Part shown: positions 39,781 through 53,458 of the stretch, one piece after another
How the letters are laid out: each line of letters opens with the position of its first letter
How positions within the stretch are numbered: position 1 is the stretch's first letter
Source: Eledone cirrhosa
Lineage: Eukaryota
Assembly: GCA_964016885.1 (NCBI GenBank)
Contig: OZ024743.1
Span: 162,440,001 to 162,504,000, forward strand
Direction of reading: 5' to 3'
DNA: 64,000 nucleotides
Position numbers and translations under genes: made by a program
The notes under the pieces: generated by a model
What the model saw: the letters and a program-made list of their open reading frames with translations, nothing else
Told to the model about the DNA's origin: nothing
Database searches by the model: none

Positions 39781-42700
39781 CGTGAGGGTTTTACACAAAA
39801 ATCGAGTAAACATTAGGAAAACAATAACAATGAACAAGAAAAATACAACAATGAAAAATTCCCCAATAGCGAGGGATAACAACCCAAGGTTGATTCAGGT
39901 ACCCCACCAATCCTGTACCAGCCGAAGGGCACCCCTCTCCTCCGCGAATTCACCAGCCTTCAGGCGCATGATCAGAGTAGCCCCATTCACACGGGTCATT
40001 CTCTCCACATTCACCCACCTTTCAGCAAATGTATTGGGGGCAGCACCTCTCTCTCTCCACCCTCACGTTCCATTCCAAGTGAAATTTGAAAAGGTTGATG
40101 AGGGATTGACCGAAAAGAAAAGTGTCTGCTTCAGTCCTTTCAATCTCGTCCACCATACAACCTCTTTCGCTACTGCCACCAGAGAGAGGAATATTGCCTT
40201 CCCTCCCTGGCCAAAAGAAGGCGGCGGATCGATCTTCACTATGGACTCGGCCGATAGCCGGATCCGTTCTACACACGACAACAGCTGTTCAACATAACTC
40301 CACAAGTCATTAATGCACGGACACTGGACAAGTGCATGCAGAACAGTTTCGTAGCTCGATGCGCATCACGGACAGGTCTGCCTGACAGCACTTCCGTGCC
40401 TGTAGAGTTTATCTCAAACCGGCAGTGCGCCCCGGTAACACTGCCAAGCGAGGGATTTGGGGAAGTTTTCCACAGTCCCTGGCTCAAAAGTGCTCCAGAA
40501 TAGACTGGTTAATTCGACTTCGCCGACGTCCAGAGCCTCTCCGAGTGCGTGGTCGCACTTGCCCACCACTAACCCTCTATAGAACTCGAGAGTGGAAGTT
40601 CCGCTGACCGCATTGCCGACCTGGTAGAAGGCAGTGAGTGCCTGGCAACATTCCAGATGCCTGTCACCCAGTCTCGGTCTCTTCTTGACTCAGGACTGCA
40701 GCTCAGCCAAAGAAATGAGCTGCGAATAGGCCCGTCTGACAAACGGCGACCACACCTGTTCACCGTTTAGGCAGAATATGTGGAGATGCCGCAGCCTCAG
40801 CACATGTCTGCACATCATTAGCCACGGCATGCCCAGCCCTCTGTGTAGAGGGTGCTGGCAGCTGATGGACCACCTCACCAACGGAACCTGTCCTCTCCAC
40901 AAAAATTTGAAGAGGAGCCGTTCCAACTTAGCGAGGCGCGGACGGGGAAAAGCACGACGGTCAGGCGGTAGTAGATGACGGATGCGATGTACGCATTCGC
41001 CACCTCCGCCCGACCTTTCAGTGATAGCTTCCTCGCAGCCCATTTCTGGCTGAGACTGGCTACCCTGCCCGTCACCTCGTCCCAATTCTTATCCTCTTGG
41101 AGGTCTGATCCGAACCAAACCCCAAGCAACTTTACCGGTCCGTCCAGCGCCCAACGACACTGATGGATAGCGTTATTTGTCTCTCCAGGTCCCTAGCTGC
41201 AAGCCCACCGACTTTTCCGGGTTAAGTTTCGCTCCCGTCTACCTTTCATATTCCTCCAATAAGGTGCCGACTTGACACTCCGAGGTGTCCAACACCATCA
41301 CGGGGATGTCGTCCGCATAAGCCGACACAGCCTTTCCACGTCCCGGTTCGAACGGGATGCCTTGCAACAGCACCAGCTTCCGCAGTAAAGGCTCGGGAGT
41401 CAATATGTACAGAAGGGAGGAGAGGGGGCACCCTTTATGGACCGATCGGGAGATATGAAACGGTTCCGAGAGGTGGCCATTAACTTTGACCACCGAGCAG
41501 ATGCCGCTGTGCATTGCGGAGATCCAGCTTCTGAAGACGGAGCCGAAGCCATCTGCCTTGAGGATAGCCTCCAGGTACCGATGGTCGACCCTATCGAATG
41601 ATTTCGATTGATCTAAATTGATCAGAGCCCCACCGAAGCCAAGTTTACACTCTACCCTCTCTATGATGTATCGCATGTGGTGGAGGTTGTCGTGTATGGA
41701 CCTGGTCGGGATTGCACAAGTTTGCACCTCCCTAACCAAAGCTTCGGCGACAAGAGCCAACCTCTTCGCTAACACCTTGGCCAAAATCTTTAACTTTGTG
41801 TTGAGCAGAGATATGGGCCTGAAGTTATCTAATGTGTCGCTCTTGTTTTCGTTTTTCCTTATCAGCGTCACTACGCCCCGGCTCAAAGAACTCGGAATAC
41901 TCCCATTCTGCTGCCAGTTGCAGTAGAGCGCCTCGTACAGCCGACAAGGGCATCCTGAATTTCGGCTGAAGTTATTGGCCTTTCGTAGCGCTCAGCATCA
42001 GCCGTCGTGAGACGCAGCAAGCTGTCGGGGTAGAGACTGAAGTCTGCTACCATCTCTGATCCGCCACTTCCCCCGAACAACCGAGCAAAGTGCTGGCGAA
42101 AGGCCTCACACATCCTCCTTTTTTATTTTTCTCTAACGCTACTTCTTTGCTACACCCTATCGAAATTACCCTAATCTCTCTTTTGAGACCTCCACCACCA
42201 CCACCTGTTGTTCACAACTCCTCCAGTCAACTTTTGCTTAACTAAATTGTTGGCCCGGTCCCTGTGAGCCTTACGTGCCGGAAACGACATGTTCAGCTTC
42301 CAGTAACCAGGTCTTAACCTACGCGTCTTATCTAGGTCGACCATACAGATCACAAACTTGTGATTTGAATAGGCGACCGTTTTAAAATGTGGACAGTTTA
42401 CACTATTTCTGTCTATTTTCCTAATGAAGATCCTGTCTATAAACGATCTAGATCACCCTGTGTGGTTGGTCCAGGTCCACTCTGGCGCATTAGGGAAATC
42501 TAGTCGGTACATGTCAGGCAGTTGGAACTGGCTAATCAGGTACTTGAGGCTTTTGCATACCCCGCTCCTATCGGATACTCCCAGACAGTCCCAGCGTGAG
42601 TCTAAGATGACGTTTCAGTCCCCCGCTAACAGTAAAGGGCGAGACGTACCCAGAAAGACTTCCAGGCGCCTAAAGAAGTCCGGCCCCGGTAGGGACGTAG

Positions 42701-43528
42701 ACGGCTACCCGTCTAAAGGCCCCTCCTTCGCTATTGTTCACGTTCAAGACTACCAACTTACCGTCCGGGTCCCGAAAGATCATCCTTAAATCGAGATCCA
42801 GGCCTTTCCTAAACAGCACTGCTACCCCACCGCCCATTCTCGGCCGACTAACAGATGCAAAAATCTGATAGTCGTCGAAAACGAGGCCTAGTGCGCGCGT
42901 GTCAGAAATCCTGGTCTCGCTGACGGCAATTACATCCATTTCCAGAGACCTGAGGCCGTTGAGCAGGTGACTCTGCTTCCAGGGCGACCCCAGGCCACGA
43001 ACATTTAAACTTCCTACTTTTAATATGGCCATGTTGACAAGCTAAAAGAGAGAGGGAATGTTTACTTACCTCCCAGGGTCTTGTGAAGGTCGAGTGGTTC
43101 GACCTCCATGGTTGGTGGGGTTTCATTTGGGAACCCCTTTAAAAGTCGATGTGGGTTTCACGTTCGGGGTTCCCACGTCCTGAGAAAGGCTCTCTCGAAT
43201 TCCTTTGTAGGAATCGAATGACACTCGCACCAGAAATAAATCTTCTGGCTCGCAAAATGTGCTCTAGTCAAAAAATCTCCTTCTCTGTTTCAATTTCTTC
43301 GTTGGCCCTTCTGACAAGCACAAAGTTTTTTTATGTTTTGTTGGTGCGGTTTTATTTGTTTTCGTTTGGTGGTGATGGTTTTGTTGGTGGTGTTTCGAGT
43401 GTGTCTGTGTTTGTTGTAGGTGTGGTGTCTGCAATTTCAGGTGGGGATTGTGGTGGTGTTGGTGTTGGTGTTGTTGGAGAAGTGTTTACGTTGGTGGTGT
43501 CTGTATTTTTTGTTGTGGGTGTTTATGT
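39781..43528 (-). mobile_element. L1/Tx1-clade LINE (ORF1 tail + APE-RT ORF2 pseudogene)
   Basis: LKVGSLNVRGL, VIAVSET, GGGVAVL, YWKLN; NFRPISLLN, DQSKSFDRVDH, GCPLSSLLY, AYADD; LSLKGRAEVAN; many frameshifts. Confidence 0.9.
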
Positions 43529-43529
43529 G

Positions 43530-43785
43530 TAATAATAATAATAATAATAATAATGCTTTCTTTATTAACCACAAGGGTTGACATAAAATATAACATTAAG
43601 AACAGCACATGACAGTACAGGGCGGTACAAATGGGCATTCTGCGTGTAAAAAAAAAAAAATGATATGTATAAAAAAACAAAAAAAAAGGATAGAACAAAA
43701 AATGAAACAAGGAAAAATCCCCCTATAGGGGGGAGACTTCCGAGGGTCACTCGTGCAGAAAGCCCCCTAAAGAGCCTCGATATAT
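43530..43785 (-). mobile_element. LINE 3' UTR with aataaa and (ATT)n tail (probably Tx1-like)
   Basis: T-rich UTR ending tgtggttaataaagaaagc(att)n; similar to 37740-37815. Confidence 0.5.
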
Positions 43786-43890
43786 AGTTACGTCCTTAGT
43801 TCGAATACCGCCGAGGTTAGCTTTGCCTTTCATCCTTACGGGGTGGATTTAATCGACTTTTTCCTCCAAAAAAATTGTTGGCATTGTGCC
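43786..43890 (+). mobile_element. tRNA-SINE fragment
   Basis: agttcgaataccgccgaggttagctttgcctttcatccttacgggg. Confidence 0.75.
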
Positions 43891-44550
43891 TTAATCAGAA
43901 ACCATTATTGTTATCCGTACATGCAACAATTTTTGGAAGCCACAAACGCTGTCAGGTTTTATCAATGCAATAATTCCATAGAAAAGGGTTTTGCAAATGT
44001 AATTAAGAAAGAACTAGCTTTTTTACTTCTTTTGTTTCTGTTATCGTATTCTCTAACTGTGACATTTTTTCTTGGCTAATTAAATCAAATAAGTTTCGCC
44101 TTTGTTTAAGTGACATCCACTCACTATAATATCGCTAATCTTACTTTGAATTGATATGTTTTCACTTTGAAATCGTTACTCTCTAATTTGAAGTGATAAG
44201 CCATGCGACCTTAAACTCTATCCTGCAGATTCGTGCATATTATATGACAACTTTGAATATAATTCTTATAAAATTATAGATATATCAAAACCGATTTTTC
44301 CCAACACTAAAAGTTTCACATTGATGTGTAAAAAAAATGTTAAATATCTATAATTTTTGTGTATATAAATTCGTATGATCGAATTGTTCAACAAATCACA
44401 AAAAGGATTACAAAGTAATTGCCGTATTATGTGGTTGAGGGTCACTATATTAACGTGTGCAATAAAATCTAAAATCTCCAAATATTTGTCGAATGTTTAT
44501 GTAATGCATGCTGTAGCCTCTGCGAAAAAAATGTCATTACATGTCATAAT

Positions 44551-44648
44551 TGTTTCTACTTTAGGTACAAGGCCAGCAATTACCCAGTGCATTACTGGTA
44601 CTTTATTTTATCGACCCCGTAAGGATGAAAGGCAAAGTCAACCTCGGC
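44551..44648 (-). mobile_element. 5'-truncated tRNA-SINE with TSD
   Basis: TSD gtcataat at 44543-44550/44649-44656. Confidence 0.85.
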
Positions 44649-45341
44649 GTCATAATGATAGCTGTAAATGATTTGTCGGCTTAGCAATAATTGGCTTATA
44701 TTTTATAGATTTTATTAAGTTCTATTTCTCTATATTACTGATTGGTCAATATAATTAATATCGAATAGCGGACATGCAATACATTAAATTTCATTTTTTT
44801 AATCCGAACTTGAACTCATAATCTTGGTGACTGTTATAAAATATTTGTTCATGGATTTTTCATCATTGGGTTGTCTTACGGCCGTTTGAGTCAGTCATTA
44901 ATATAACACTAAATAAAATTAGTCACCTCGGCATTAACACATGTCTCAATTCGTAAAGTTTGTCTGTCAATTTAGTATTATTGTATGACGGCCAAAAGCA
45001 CAGTATACTAAATATTATTCAGCAGGTTTGTGTCAATCTTAGTCCAAAATATTTCAAAAATTTATCTTAATTTAATTTTTTTTTAATTTCATTTATTTTT
45101 ATTTTTAATTTAAAATTCTCATAATATAATATTTTTAGAAATATATGTTTTTTAAATTATATTCTTTGATAACATTTTTCAAAATCATTTCCTGAGTTTA
45201 TATTTCTTTTTGTTCTTTTCCTATGACAATCCTAAAACACTGCCTTGAAGCAGGTTACTTGCTCATTTCGACAACAGTAATTTTTTTTAATCTGGTACTT
45301 ATTTTATCAATATCTTTTCGTCGACGCGCTAAACATAAACA

Positions 45342-45454
<113 letters not shown>

Positions 45455-45776
45455 GACAATGAGTTGCCCGAATACACCGTTCACTGTACAAGAGGATAGA
45501 CATTTATTTCATAACATTTACATATGTTTCTTTAACACCTAGAAAGCGCTAATCCTGATATTATATTGGGGAAAATCGGGTTTAATTAAGGTAAATTTAT
45601 CTCCACATATCAAATTATCTAAATAGAATAACGACTTGAATGGAATTCAGGACCATATAACAAGACCTGGCGTGTCAGTAGGATAGGGAGCAGGAATAAA
45701 AAAAAAGAAAAGGAATAAGCATTCATATACAAAAGGTTCATAAGGGAAACCAGTGGTTATTAATTTGGTGCTGTAG

Positions 45777-45983
45777 GGCAGTATCGGTAGAGGGTCGGAC
45801 GCTATGCTTTGCAGCATAGAGTTACGGTCCTTTATGATCTGAGTTCAAATCCCGCCGAGGTTAACTTTGCCTTTCATCCTTACGGGGTCGATAAAATAGA
45901 GTACCGGTCACGCACTGGGGTCGATTTAATCGACTTTCCCCTCCGCCAAAATTGCTGGCCTTGCGCCTATATAAGAAACCATT
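45777..45983 (+). mobile_element. tRNA-derived SINE (longer subfamily)
   Basis: A and B boxes plus core; extra internal ggggtcgatttaatcgac segment. Confidence 0.85.
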
Positions 45984-46540
45984 ACTTTGGTGCCGTGGTA
46001 GTAGTGTTGATGTCTGTTTGTGGGAGGTAAGTACTTCCACTCGGTGTGGCTATGCAATGCCAACGGGATTGACTGCTGATTGGTTGAATGTATAGGTATC
46101 TGCAACTTCTGTAATCTACATAATTACAGGAAAAGGGCTACTAAATAGCAGGATCGAACGTGTTTTCAACTCCTACTACACCACGCTTGCATAAAATTCG
46201 ATCCAGCAATCGTTCCTGTTAAACATATATAAACCCTATCTCCTAGATTGAATCGTTTTTTACGATTGCATGGTTAGTTCCTTGCTAGCCGATTCGAACC
46301 ATACAATCGTAAAACAGCATGCAAGAGTCTGAACGAAAAGACAATTAAACTTAAAAAGAAATGTTTTTGATAATCTGAAAACGGAGAAAGCAAGCTATGC
46401 TAAACATCAATTTTTTGTACATGTTATAAAGATCCTTTATATATATACGTATATATATACAAGGTGCGCTTTTTGAACCCTCTTTCTTTTTTATTATCAT
46501 TTTCCTTATAGAACGTTTTCTAACGTCCACACTTTTTTCC

Positions 46541-46581
<41 letters not shown>

Positions 46582-46585
<4 letters not shown>

Positions 46586-46716
46586 GGTAAACAGAAATAA
46601 CAACACAATCGGTACAGTATATGGAAGGAATATATTAGGTTAACGCTTAAAAAAGTGGGTCTTAACGTTTCGGGCGCTAGTCCTTCAATAGAAGAAAGAA
46701 TGAGAAATTAGATAGA

Positions 46717-46720
<4 letters not shown>
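46582..46720 (-). mobile_element. Family-B PLE 3' terminus between (TG)n tracts
   Basis: Reverse complement of 8095-8238; HHR box mutated (CTATTGA). Confidence 0.75.
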
Positions 46721-46813
<93 letters not shown>

Positions 46814-46837
46814 CGTGCGTGTGCGTGTGGGTGTGTG

Positions 46838-46968
46838 ATTGTTTCTACTTTAGGCACAAGCCAGAATTTGAAAGTTAATTAAATCGACCACAGTGCTTAC
46901 TGGTGCTTTATTTTATCGACCCCGTAAGGATGAAAGACAAAACTTACCTCGGTGGGATTTGAACTCAG
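46838..46968 (-). mobile_element. tRNA-SINE fragment
   Basis: Core and 3' end of the 16866 family. Confidence 0.8.
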
Positions 46969-47279
46969 TACTAATATTTTGCACCCCTTTCTAGCGGAAA
47001 TGACGTCCAGTTTTGTTTGTATCTGCACTCTGGGGTTAAGCGTTATCACACCTCGCTATATCTCGCGTTGGGATAGATCGTGATTCCTGGCAGATATAGA
47101 CAGGTATTTTGAATAATATACTTTATTGCAACGATATTTAATTTACGTAATTCCTCTGATGATTGATTCGCGTCTCACATAACTTAACCAAAATCGATAG
47201 TTGGTCATCGGAGATCGAATGCTTAGATCGAACAGGTAAAAGAGTAAAATAGTATATAGTAAAAATAGGTATAGAAACG

Positions 47280-47568
47280 AAAAGGCCACCTTCGGTCACG
47301 AATGACCATAGTTTTGCACCTAGAAAGTTTCCCTCGGAAGCACAAACCTGGGCAAGGTGTGTTTGTGGAAGACCAACAGTCACCCATGTATGTCAGACTC
47401 CCCTCTCTACGCCACCGACGATGTTGGGAAAGGCAATGGTCGATACAGCTCGGCACCAGTGACGGCGCAACTCATTTCTACAGCTGAGTAAACTGGGGCA
47501 ACGTGGAATAAAGTGTTTTGCTCAAGAACGCAACGATTGCAAACCCGACGCTCTAACCACTAAGCCAT
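47280..47568 (-). mobile_element. Second tRNA-derived SINE family
   Basis: Head tggcttagtggttagagcgtcgg (A box), conserved-domain-like cttgagcaaaacacttta..ccagtttactcagctgtagaaatgagt. Confidence 0.55.
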
Positions 47569-47574
47569 GTGACT

Positions 47575-47830
47575 TAACGAAAATGTTATGCAATTATATA
47601 AAGTCTCATTAATTGCACGCGCGTTGGAAAAGGAAAAGGGAGGTCTAAATATTTCGGAAGTTAGTCCTTTGTCGAGAAAGAATAAAGTTCTGAGAAAGAG
47701 TGGGTTGGAAGGTTGAAAAGGAATGTTTATCATGATGTGTGAGGTGGGAAAACCAGTAGTCCGACATGTGGGTGGTGTCAAGGTGGTTGCGGAATGTCTG
47801 GCTCTATCATTGATACTCGTATGTGTGTGC
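47575..47830 (-). mobile_element. Neptune-like PLE 3' terminus with decayed HHR
   Basis: Minus strand ctcgacaa-aggactaacttcc-gaaat, similar to 52231-52255. Confidence 0.45.
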
Positions 47831-48099
47831 AGATTCAGAGTAGGATTTAAATATGATTTAATATTTAATATGGGCAAAGGGGACAATAGCCTGGATTCCC
47901 CCGCAGTGGGAGGGGGCACCAGCATCAGCCATAGCAATTTATTTGTGTCCTCTACTGAGCTTTTTAGTTTTACTCCTTTGACAACGGGAACTATATTTTT
48001 AACAAAAAGTATTTAATGTCCTTACTGTGGCAAAATTCATCAAATTTTCTCAACTTTAGTGACATCAAGTTGTTATCAGAACAATATTCTATTAAAATA

Positions 48100-48335
48100 T
48101 ATTTGATGTCGCTGTGTAAAGTGTTTGTGCTGGTATCGCAAAAACAATACACCCAGTAAACATTCTAAAGGGGTTATATTAGGAAGGGCATCCAGCCATA
48201 GAAACCTTGCCAAATTTGTAATGTAGGAGCAAGATGAGGTTGCTCCAATATGTCTGGTCTCAGATTGCAACAACCTGTCCAACACATGCCAGTGTGGAAA
48301 GTGGACGTAAAATCAGGATGGTTAGATTGAATTAA
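48100..48335 (-). mobile_element. SINE-like/RTE-related interspersed repeat
   Basis: tttctatggctggatgcccttccta motif recalled from RTE-related repeats; not verified. Confidence 0.35.
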
Positions 48336-48815
48336 ATACCTGTATGTATAACTTTTGAATTCCAAATACTTGCGCCAGCCGACTATGATATGTAAAATTG
48401 GGGAATTGATGTGTATTCTAATTTTTTGTGTATGAGCATAGCAAGGTCTAAACCCGGCGCTGTGCAGATTAGGCGCATTTGGTGATTGTGCGTGTTATTT
48501 TTATTGTTTGTGTGTGTGTGTGCGCGGTGTGTGCTCGGTGTGTGTATGTGTGCGGTATGTGTATGCGTGTGTCTGTTTGGTTGCGTGTGTGCGCATTTTA
48601 GTCTTAGTAACTTATGTGTATATTGTGTGTGTGTATGCGTATATGTATATGTATGTATGCGGTGTGTGTATGTGTTATGCGTATTTTAGTATTGGTAACT
48701 TAGGTGTATGTTGTGTGTGTGTGTGCGCGCGCGCGTGCATATCTTTATGTATGTGTGTATGTGCTAGAGTTTGAAGATGTTATGAAAGTGTGCGTGACTG
48801 AGTTTGTATGGGTTA

Positions 48816-48867
<52 letters not shown>

Positions 48868-48999
48868 GGATGTAAGAAGAGATATCTAAAACCTGTTATT
48901 CTCACGTTTCTGTAGTTGGATTTCAGAAGTTAAGTCTGGAATGGCTGGATTCCAGTAATGAGTAACATTTTTTTTTTTTTGTAGTGGTCGTCATTGCTT

Positions 49000-51741
49000 C
49001 AGAATATGGTAGCTGGCGGTCTTGAACAATTGTCCCCCACCCCGCTTATTAATTCTTCAAATTTTTCCAGTCATCCCTTGCTCCAACCCCGTTGCCTTAA
49101 TCTATATCTCATCCCCCAGGGTTTTCGCCAACACCCACTCATCACTTGAGCCCCCTCCATCTTCTCATGCGCGCCACTCTACGTTCTACCCTCTCCAAGA
49201 TCCGCATTATTGACCGCGACCTCCTCCAAATCTTTCTTCTTCTCTGTTCCACCTCTCACCCCTCCTCACACATTCAATCCTTCTCTTCATCCAACACCTC
49301 AATCACGAACTTTTCCTTTTCCTCACCTCTACCAAACTCCTCAAACTAAATTCATTCCTTCTCCCCTCTCATATGTCGAACGTCTCTTCACACCCACCCA
49401 TCCTGCCACCACCACCACCACCAATCCGTCCATCTCATCCCTTCCTCCCCCCCCCCTCCTCGCACCACCCACTCCGCACCCAACCTCCACCCTATTCAAC
49501 CCCCACCAACCACAACCTGTTTTCACTCTAACCTCCGACCTTCCTCTCTCTGGACCTAAGCGTTCTCTCCTCAGTATGGGTCTGCGTTTCATACCCCACA
49601 CAACTTACAGCGACGAATTTCTCACAAGAGCGGATATTGAACGATTCCTGCGCCGTACCAAACTGCAGACGCATTTCCATGGCACACAACCTGAATGACC
49701 CAAACCGAGTCCTGATCCTGGGCCGAAAACCATCTCATTGAACGCCAACACCCGAACAATTCAGCACCCTGGACACATTTGTTGATGCCTTTCTTAGTGC
49801 CACGAATCAGTTCAACTTCCGTAAATGCTCCCAACAGAGCTGCTTCTCTCAAGCCAAACTCACCACCCTCCACTCTTTTCGAAGCCGTAATGACATCGTA
49901 ATCAAACCAACAGCGTGGCGCCGTGGTTGTGTAACACGCCGACCTCTACAAGACAGCACTACGACAGCTTCATAACCCCCTCTTTTACCGTCTCCTGCCT
50001 TTTGATCCCAGCCCTCAATACCAGCAACTAATATCCTCTGCAGTACCACAACTCGTCCCCTCCTCACTCCTACCCTAAACCGCCACTAACCTCATTGTCT
50101 TCACACCACGCCCCTCTATCTACTTCCTCTCCCAAATCCACAAACTGCATAACCCCGGCCGCCCCATCCTCTCCAGTTGCAACAGCTCCACCAATCTCAA
50201 CTCCATCTTCACACCCCTAGTAGCTGCCCTCCGCCTCCACATATCTTACACCAACCACACCCTCCCCCTCTTTGACTCTTTTATCTTACCACCCAGTCAC
50301 TCCTCCTTTTCACCCTCGACATCAAATTCCTCTACACGGACATCACCTACGCCGAAGGCCTACGAGCGCCCAACACTTCCTCGGCCATCGACCCCCCACC
50401 CATTCTCAACCGCCTTGTCGAGCTGGTCCTCACTCTCAACTGCTTTTCTTTCTCAGGTGAGTTCTACCAGCAGGTAACCGGGGTGGCCATGGACACAAGA
50501 ATGGGCCAAAACTATGCGCCACCTCACTCACCCGAGAACAGCTTGACTCCTTTCTCTTTCTTCTGCTCCATCCCCTTCCCCACCTTCGACTTCACCACCA
50601 CCGTTCGCTTCCTGGACATCTCCGTCTCTATTGACCCCGCCAATCGTTTCCTTATCATCTCTGCTTTCTTCTAAGTCACTGCCTCCACATCGTACCTCGA
50701 TTTCACCTCATCTTCACTCATACAAAACTCCCTATCCTCTACTCTTAATTCCCCCGCCTCCGTCGCTTATGTAGTCGAACTCGTGACTTTGAGGATCAGA
50801 CCCATTACATGGTTAGACTCTTCACTCGGTGAGGTTACCCCCTTCCTGGTCCATACCACACATGCAACTTTATCGTCAACACCCCCACCCTCCGTTGGCC
50901 CAACGGCCAATCATTCCGAATCAGAGAATCATTCCACTGCATGTCGTTCAGCCTTGTCTATGTGCTCCGTTGCGCACTATGTGAGGCCATTTACATTGGA
51001 CAGATTGGTTGTCTACTAACAGACATGTTCGCCGAGCATCTCCAAGACATCCGGTTCGCGACCAGTCTCCCGTCGGCCTGCATTTCCGCTCTGTCGGATA
51101 CTCCACCCACCACCTCACTATTTTCGGCCTCGTTACTTGCTCTGGAGCCTCGAACACACACCTGAGAACAGAGCAGCGGATTATTTTTCTCTCCCGACCT
51201 GCAGCAACGACCTTAACACCCCTTCCCTCTTTTTCAAACATTTCTCCTCATCACCCAGCTCCCACTCACTCTCATACCAACACATGCACACTACTACTTC
51301 ACCAATACACCAACACAACTAATTAATTAGCTACACCTACAGGACCATGATACTAACGTTATTAATTAACTAATCAAATATACTAACAGACTATTTTCAC
51401 ACCAACAGACATGAGCTACTCTCAACACACACCAATACACTAATACGATCATGGACAAATACACATATTTAAATAACTAACTAATCATACTACATTCACA
51501 CTAAGCTCCTTTACCACCAATACACGCACTTCCACCACAGCTTCCATCCCATACCACTTCCGTTATTCATGATCTACACCAGCCCCCTCCTCCTGTTTGA
51601 CTACATCCTCCTCTAGCAACTTCCTGAAATAGCCAAACTCTAACCAAACATGCACGACGGACCAGAACGTTTACAAAACACCAGTTACATACAGACACTC
51701 ACACAAAAAAACTCACCAACGTGTGCACACATGCACTTGTC

Positions 51742-51797
<56 letters not shown>

Positions 51798-52300
51798 TGT
51801 GTGTGTGCGTGCGTGTGCGTGCGCGCGCTCGTGTGTATGTGCGTGTACACGCGTGCAAAAGTATATAGGTGTACCTGTAAAATCCACAGACACATGTGTA
51901 TATTAGCATACACACACGCGCACATAAACAGATACATACACATACCCATACATAAGCATGCACACAAACACACACTTACGTGTACAAACATGCACAGAAA
52001 AACACAAAAGAATTCACAGACACACACACGCGCACTTCCATCGACGATACATAAACCACACACAGAAGCTATAATGCGCAACCATGTAATGCATTCCATC
52101 TGCACACCCATGACACACCTAGATTCTCCACCTCGGACCTCACACTCAAATGGCAGATTATTCACCTACCAACCATAACCTTTTAAAAACTTTTTTCCAA
52201 ACTCCAATGTTCCAACCTTTTCTCCGTTCCCTGAAGAAGGACTTACTTCCGAAACATCAAACCCTCTTCTACTTCCACCTAAGCACGATACCAATAAAAC
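49000..52300 (+). mobile_element. Decayed near-full-length Neptune-type Penelope-like element
   Basis: LLSMGLRFIP, NDIVIKP, IYFLSQIHKLHNPGRPILS, LFTLDIKFLYT, GEFYQQVTGVAMDTRMG, FLDISVS, LVYVLRCALCEAIYIGQ; HHR CTGAAGA..GGA/TCC-GAAAC at 52231-52255. Confidence 0.85.
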
Positions 52301-52669
52301 GTGTGTATGTGTGTGAGTACATATAATATATATGTGTATGTTTATATATACATATATACATGCACATATAAACACACACACACATATATATATATATATA
52401 CAATATATATATACGTATGCATATATATATATATTGTTCAAAGTAACATATAAACTGTCAAACGGTTAATATTTTTTTTTTACCAATCTAATTACGTCAT
52501 ATTCTATATTTCAAAAACGTTAAGTCCAATTGTTTTTTCTCCCACTCACGTACCATCCCCTTTGTTTTGTTTTTTTTTGTTTTTTGTGGGGGGGGGGGGT
52601 CCTAATCATAGGCTTGGTTGTCTCCGATCTGTCCAGCTCGTTTGGCCGTCACTATATCATCTCCTATGC

Positions 52670-52726
52670 ATTTTATCTGACGAGAACACGTTTTGGATTA
52701 TGTTATACATAATCTTCGAAATATAA
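52670..52726 (+). ncRNA. 5' half of a hammerhead ribozyme split by the Helitron (3' half at 60306-60314)
   Basis: ATTTTAT-CTGACGA-GAA..GATTATG/CATAATC-TTC-GAAATATAA | TA-ATGAGAT after removing 52727-60305. Confidence 0.65.
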
Positions 52727-52979
52727 TCTATCTATATATCTATATATCTATATATAAATGCAAGTTTACGATTCTGTGTGTCCGCCTAAAACTAGAAAAC
52801 TACCGGACCAAACTCCTCAAAATTACATGTACATATTCACTATACACTCGGACAAGTAACGGTCAAAAAGGTTTTACTTTGCAAAGCAAGGAATTCATTT
52901 AAAATCAATTTATCTTATTTACTAATGAATATCAAAAGAAATCAGCCATTTTGCTTTTTTATGTTCTCCAGTCTGTAGA

Positions 52980-53260
52980 TAAGAGAGTGAGGGATGGGAA
53001 GAGAGAGAGTAAGGGATGAGAGAGAAAGAGAGAGAGTGGCAGATGGGAGAGAGAGTAAGGGAATGAGAGAGAAAGAGAGAGAGTGAATGGATGGGAGAGA
53101 GAGAGTAAGGGGATGTGAGAGAGAAAGAAAGAGAGTAAGGGATGAGAGGGAGAGAGTGGGAGATGGGCGAGAGAGAGGGAGAGTAAGAAGATGTGAGAGA
53201 GAAAGAAAGAGAGTAAGGGGATGAGAGAGAAAGACGATGAAAGAGAGAGAGGCAAAGTAA
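52980..53260. repeat. GA-rich minisatellite inside the Helitron
   Basis: Repeating gagagagtaagggatgagagagaaa units. Confidence 0.85.
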
Positions 53261-53458
53261 TCAGCGTTCTTAACTTTTATTTATTTATTATTTTTACACA
53301 CTTTTTAACTCTCCCGCTTCCTTAACGTTATTTATCTTTTCTTTATTTTTTGTTCTCTATTCCGTAGAGAAGAGGGGGTTGAGAGAAAAAGAGAGAGAGT
53401 AATGGGATGGGAGAGAGAGAGGGAAAGTAGCAAGCGTTCATTAACTTTTATTTATTTA

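Noticed and set aside
46020-46035. Perfect splice donor GAG|GTAAGT suggesting a host exon
   Set aside because: No acceptor or coding frame upstream, and it lies next to a SINE.
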